IMG/VR virus record: IMGVR_UViG_3300025782_000049
Location: 1 to 29,978 of that record
DNA length: 29,978 nucleotides
Direction: 5' to 3' (one strand)
Origin: a virus
Lineage: Duplodnaviria > Caudoviricetes
Shown: piece by piece, positions 25,799 through 29,978 of the stretch
Layout: each line of letters opens with the position of its first letter
Position numbering within the stretch: the first letter of the stretch is position 1
The notes under the pieces: model-generated
The model's database searches: none
Seen by the model: the letters and a program-made list of their open reading frames with translations, nothing else
Told to the model about the DNA's origin: nothing
Position numbers and translations under genes: made by a program

Positions 25799-28173
25799 TG
25801 CCAAAGTTATCAATAGCCGAAATCCGCGCAGTGCTCGATGATGCTAAGCAGGCATACAAGGCCAAGTTTACCCCTGGCTTTTATCATGGTAGTCCAACAA
25901 ATAAAATAACTGCTTTTGACCCAAGCAAATCTGCTGTTAAAGATTTAGATATGGTGACACCTGGTGTGACATTTGTTTCGCCAAACCCAAGATTTGCTGA
26001 AAAGTTTTTAGCTGATCCAGAAAAACTTAATACTCCAACTGGGGCGACAATGTATCCAGTTAGTGTTAATCTTGGTAAACATTTTGATCCTGCCACACCA
26101 GAGGGCAATGACACGATAAAACAATACCTTGCAAACAAATACAAAAAAGATGTAGATAGCTATGGGTTTGATGAGGCATTAGGTCAAAAGCATGAATACA
26201 TGATGGATCGTTTAACCGATCCGGTAAATAACTGGAAGTTAATGGAATCTCCAGAATTACTGAATTTCTTAAAATCAACCGGCCACGATACATTTAGTGT
26301 AACTGAGGGCGGTGTCAAAAACGTCGGTATCTTTAATCCAGCTAACATCCGCGGCAAGTTTGCCCAGTACAATCCGGAAGAGGCAGCCAACCCAGACTTC
26401 ATGAAGGCCGAGGGTGGCGCTGTGCAAAGTTTTGCACCCGGCGGTATTGCCCTGGCAGAAAACATTGTCAAGCACTCTATTGGCCAGCACCCTAAAGTGG
26501 CGCAGGCCCTGGAAGAATACCTAAAAGGTAATATCAGTAACGCGGACCGTATCCGCATTATGAATGAGCACCTGCCAATCCGTAACTGGACTCAATTGCC
26601 GCCAGCGTATACTGATGAAGAGATCCGTAACGCCCTGATGGCTAACAAGCAATCTAAGGCATTGGCCGATGTGCCAGCTGGTATGCGTGTTGGTAACCGG
26701 TTAGATATCCCAGCTTATACCCAGCACGGTGTCTATGTTGATACCACGCATGATTTATCTGCCGGCAACGCGCCAATTAGCTACAACAGAACCGGTCACT
26801 TAACTGACGTTGAATTTAGCTCTAAACCCAACCAGGCGGTCCGTGTAGGCCTCGGAACCAAGGAGCAGGCCCTTACCCCCTTGGGCGCCGAGATCGGGTC
26901 TGCAAAGTCCCCATTTGCCCTTATAAAGGGTACTAACGTGGGTACATCAGATGACGAAGTACGTCGCATGATGGCCGAGTACATGAATGATCCAAACTGG
27001 ACACAGATTGGTATGGACCCACGCCGCCAGTCACAGTTCTATGATAAGTCTACCGGACTTCCTGTCTTCTCAGCAGAACAGAAATTACAATCCGGCCCGC
27101 TGGTCATGGTACCAAAGCAGGGCCTAGAGACAACCAACTGGGAAGATCCAAGACTCAGTCTGTCTGACTTTGAGGGTAAGCACTATGACAAGGGTGGCGC
27201 GGTAATCAAGAAGGTATTAAAGTTTGCCGAAGAAGTGCCATTCGTGCATTACTCTACGCAACCCAATTTAACATCCCTAGAGCCTAGCTTTTATGGTCGG
27301 GGTATTAAAGGTCAAGAAGCGGTTCGTCTCAAAGATGCTCCGGATATTCGTAACCGCAGCTACTTCTATGTAGATAAGGGTGAGCAGACGATGCGCCCAG
27401 AACAGGGCCTAGGAAATCAGAAGTACCAGGGCACGGCATCTAACGTGTATAACCTGGCAGATGACCCTGAGGGCTTTCACGCGATTGCAAAAGCCAAGTC
27501 ACTCGATCCATATATGATGAGTTTTGGTCGTGAGGTAGTGGACCCAGCTGTCAAGGCCACCGAATTGGAAAGATTAATTAAGGGTGCCGGTTACGAAGGC
27601 TACCACACTGGTGACGTGGGGTTGTTGTTTAATCCAACACCAGTCACCAAGGTAGACGGCTATGCGCCAGGTGGAGAAGTATTAAAAAAGCTACTCCCGC
27701 TCGCTGAGCGGGAAGCAAACAAAACTAAGTTTTTGGAGGGCAACCACCCCGCAGTACCTGATGTTGTCTATCATGGCACTTCAGTAGACGAAGACTTTAA
27801 CGCTTTTAAGAAAAAACCAAGATGGATACATGTAACTGAACATCCAGAAGTTGCTAATACGTATACTGAATTGGGTAATGATCAGTTAGCTTGGGGTGAA
27901 TCTCCTAGAGTTATGCCTTTACATTTAAGCACTAAAAATCCATTGATTCTTGATGATGACCAACTTATGGAAGGTAGCTTTTTACCATTTAAACAGCGTC
28001 AAAGAGAATGGATTGATTTAGCAAAACAGCAAGGTAATGATTCTATTTATAATCCCAATACCGGCACTTGGATGGTTCCAGAACCAACACAATTAAAATC
28101 TGCTATTGGTAATGAGGGAACTTTTAACCCAACTAATCGTGACATTACCAAAAAGCGCGGCGGTCTAGTTTAA
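25798..28173 (+). CDS. Polyvalent effector protein (791 aa) with 2-3 ART-like (ART-PolyVal-type) domains plus one uncharacterised domain
   Basis: Domain 1: FYHGS...FVSPNP..A..F...MYPV...G.D...IF.PANIR. Domain 4: YHGT...VTE.PEVA.TY...VMPL.L..KNP...G.DS...P.QLKSAIGN.GTF. Domain 3: VHYS...RSYFY...GYEGY. Confidence 0.7.
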   Translation: MPKLSIAEIRAVLDDAKQAYKAKFTPGFYHGSPTNKITAFDPSKSAVKDLDMVTPGVTFVSPNPRFAEKFLADPEKLNTPTGATMYPVSVNLGKHFDPATPEGNDTIKQYLANKYKKDVDSYGFDEALGQKHEYMMDRLTDPVNNWKLMESPELLNFLKSTGHDTFSVTEGGVKNVGIFNPANIRGKFAQYNPEEAANPDFMKAEGGAVQSFAPGGIALAENIVKHSIGQHPKVAQALEEYLKGNISNADRIRIMNEHLPIRNWTQLPPAYTDEEIRNALMANKQSKALADVPAGMRVGNRLDIPAYTQHGVYVDTTHDLSAGNAPISYNRTGHLTDVEFSSKPNQAVRVGLGTKEQALTPLGAEIGSAKSPFALIKGTNVGTSDDEVRRMMAEYMNDPNWTQIGMDPRRQSQFYDKSTGLPVFSAEQKLQSGPLVMVPKQGLETTNWEDPRLSLSDFEGKHYDKGGAVIKKVLKFAEEVPFVHYSTQPNLTSLEPSFYGRGIKGQEAVRLKDAPDIRNRSYFYVDKGEQTMRPEQGLGNQKYQGTASNVYNLADDPEGFHAIAKAKSLDPYMMSFGREVVDPAVKATELERLIKGAGYEGYHTGDVGLLFNPTPVTKVDGYAPGGEVLKKLLPLAEREANKTKFLEGNHPAVPDVVYHGTSVDEDFNAFKKKPRWIHVTEHPEVANTYTELGNDQLAWGESPRVMPLHLSTKNPLILDDDQLMEGSFLPFKQRQREWIDLAKQQGNDSIYNPNTGTWMVPEPTQLKSAIGNEGTFNPTNRDITKKRGGLV

Positions 28174-29976
28174 TCACTTGCGGTAACGCTTGCCGTGCCA
28201 GCCCTCGGCTGCAAGAGGAAAGTCGGGAGCCCACGCTGGTGGTGTGGTCATGATACGGACCACATCTTCTAGCGAGGACTCCGCGCTTTGTTCTTCAACA
28301 AGGAGCAACACCTCGTCATGGATCGAGTTAATAATCTCATAACCAGCTCCCTCGAGAGCTATCATAGCAAACGCAAGGAAATCGCGAGCCGTACCCTGGA
28401 CGGCAGACTGGAAGATACTACTGCCAATCAGGGGGTTTCTACTCCACTGGCGAGTATAAGTGTTCTGACTATGAACGACAACGCCCACTTTCTGACTACC
28501 CCACGGAGTGGTGAGCAGCTCGAGCTCTGGCCTCTGCCAGCAGATGAGACGGCCTGATGGTAGTTGCATCCATAGAGCCTGTTTGGCCACCTTCATCTTT
28601 ATCTTCTGACCTGCGGCAAATGCAGTACCGGGATTCTGTACTGCGTCAATTGCAGCGGTCTCGCATAAAGCCCACAGATTCTTTACCTTCACATAAGAGC
28701 TACGGTAATTATCTACAGCATTCTTCGCTTGTAGATCTGATAGTTTAACTCCCATCCCTTCCGCATACTTTACTAGACCCTTGGCACCTTGGCCAAACAT
28801 CGCACCTAGAACCGCTGACTTTGCAATTTGACGCTGATCTTTTGTAACGTCTTCGTAATTGACTCTATAAAGGCTTTCTGACGCAAAGACTTTGTACTCA
28901 TCTAATCCCTTTCTAAACAGCTCTACTTTGTCGTTTTGTCCTGCGAGCCAAACCCCAACTCGGTTTTCAATTGAGCTAAAATCCACGTCAACGAAGGTCT
29001 TGGAGTCCGGAGCTTTGATTGATGATCGTACCAAAGAGGAAAGTTGTAGCATCGTTCCAGATCCCCTTCCAAAGACTTCAGGTATAGCCTGTTCAATTTG
29101 TTCATCACTGAGCGTGGGCCTCGCAATATTCTGTAAATTAAGTCCGCCCCTTGATGCCCAACGACCAGTACTAGCGCCATGATATACCAGTGTATTCCTA
29201 ATTCTTCCTTCACGTTGTATCTCCAACATTTTAGCGTACTTAGCCACGCTAGTCTGGCTTCCTTCTTGGCGTAACTCTAACGCCCGTTTGATCACCGGAA
29301 ATATGTTGCACTGCAGCATTTTTTCAACGGTCTCGGCGGTCAAATCGGGCATTGGTGCATGAGGGATTTTTTGGTTAATCCAGTCTAGTAATTTAGCCCT
29401 CTCAGACGGCTTAAAACCGGTCAAGGAGACGCATTCAGCGTCAATTGAGGCCTGGGCCTCACCGACTGCTTTTACAGCGTTTTGGAGCTCGTTAGGATCC
29501 ACTGGCACACCACGCAAGTTAATCCGCTGAGTGAGCTCCCAGATTCGCTGCTCGCCCACAGTAAGGGGGCGTAACAGGGAGGCGATTGCCATCTCAGTTC
29601 TAACGTCTTGGGCACAGTACTTAAATAACTGGGCGAGTAACTCTGGGTCATCTTCATACTCTCCTTTCCTATTGGGTTTACATAACTTTTGAATCAAACG
29701 GGCGCCGATGGCGTCTTTTTTATGGGCGGCATCCATGAAAGTGCCTGCCTCATCCAAACTCTGTGGTACGTTATTGGCCGCTGCTATGGCCATGGAGTCA
29801 ATACACTGCTCTAGCTTTAGTGGTGGCCAGCCGTACTTAGGCACACAGACACAGTTCCAGATGGCGTACTCAAACATGGCGTTCCATGCTTGGATTTTGC
29901 CACCTTGTCGGACGTGTTCAATGAGCTCATGGAAATCTAAGCTGTGTCCAATATTTATAGGTGGGTTTGGTTGACT
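28174..29976 (-). CDS. polA: Phage family A DNA polymerase with 3'-5' exonuclease domain (N-terminus beyond the window end)
   Basis: The frame is open to the window edge. ExoII AWNAMFE, ExoIII YCAQD, TGRW.S...NLQN, motif A DFSSIENR, motif B RQIAKSAVLGAMFG, motif C IHDE. Confidence 0.95.
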   Translation of the reverse strand, partial: SQPNPPINIGHSLDFHELIEHVRQGGKIQAWNAMFEYAIWNCVCVPKYGWPPLKLEQCIDSMAIAAANNVPQSLDEAGTFMDAAHKKDAIGARLIQKLCKPNRKGEYEDDPELLAQLFKYCAQDVRTEMAIASLLRPLTVGEQRIWELTQRINLRGVPVDPNELQNAVKAVGEAQASIDAECVSLTGFKPSERAKLLDWINQKIPHAPMPDLTAETVEKMLQCNIFPVIKRALELRQEGSQTSVAKYAKMLEIQREGRIRNTLVYHGASTGRWASRGGLNLQNIARPTLSDEQIEQAIPEVFGRGSGTMLQLSSLVRSSIKAPDSKTFVDVDFSSIENRVGVWLAGQNDKVELFRKGLDEYKVFASESLYRVNYEDVTKDQRQIAKSAVLGAMFGQGAKGLVKYAEGMGVKLSDLQAKNAVDNYRSSYVKVKNLWALCETAAIDAVQNPGTAFAAGQKIKMKVAKQALWMQLPSGRLICWQRPELELLTTPWGSQKVGVVVHSQNTYTRQWSRNPLIGSSIFQSAVQGTARDFLAFAMIALEGAGYEIINSIHDEVLLLVEEQSAESSLEDVVRIMTTPPAWAPDFPLAAEGWHGKRYRK

Positions 29977-29978
29977 AA

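Noticed and set aside
547-26984. Numerous - strand ORFs opposite the structural genes, and similar + strand ORFs opposite polA
   Set aside because: These are antisense shadows of codon-biased, low-complexity genes, with no RBS or recognisable motifs.
1-29978. tRNA genes, integrase/att sites, introns/inteins, stop-codon reassignment
   Set aside because: Intergenic gaps are too short and show no cloverleaf. The long ORFs are intact under the standard code, and no such motifs were recognised.

Overview
This window is about 30 kb of a tailed dsDNA phage (Caudoviricetes). It is probably short-tailed (podovirus-like) and infects a Gram-negative host, since it carries an Rz/Rz1 spanin pair. The + strand is one dense late/virion module. 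In order it holds the 3' end of a Mu-gpT-like major capsid gene, a structured RNA resembling the Mu-gpT-DE motif, head/neck proteins, two long tail fibres, a complete lysis cassette, a Lys-rich 'GG-motif' protein, adaptor/nozzle-like proteins, and five large predicted ejected/internal proteins. The last two of these are polyvalent-type proteins, one with ADP-ribosyltransferase (ART)-like domains and one with a glycosylase-like domain. The - strand ends with a family A DNA polymerase that runs off the window. Three signals stand out. First, a short [YFHLK]-[AK]-x-G-G-x-[VI] peptide motif recurs about 20 times in four internal proteins and marks the domain boundaries of the effector polyprotein, suggesting a cargo-tagging or processing system. 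First-hand sequence also shows a strictly conserved bipartite promoter-like motif, TTTAGGGCG-N16-TGCATTAATAT, present three times. Finally, a compact RNA leader with two predicted pseudoknots lies between that promoter and an RBS. All protein family calls come from motif recognition only; no searches were run.
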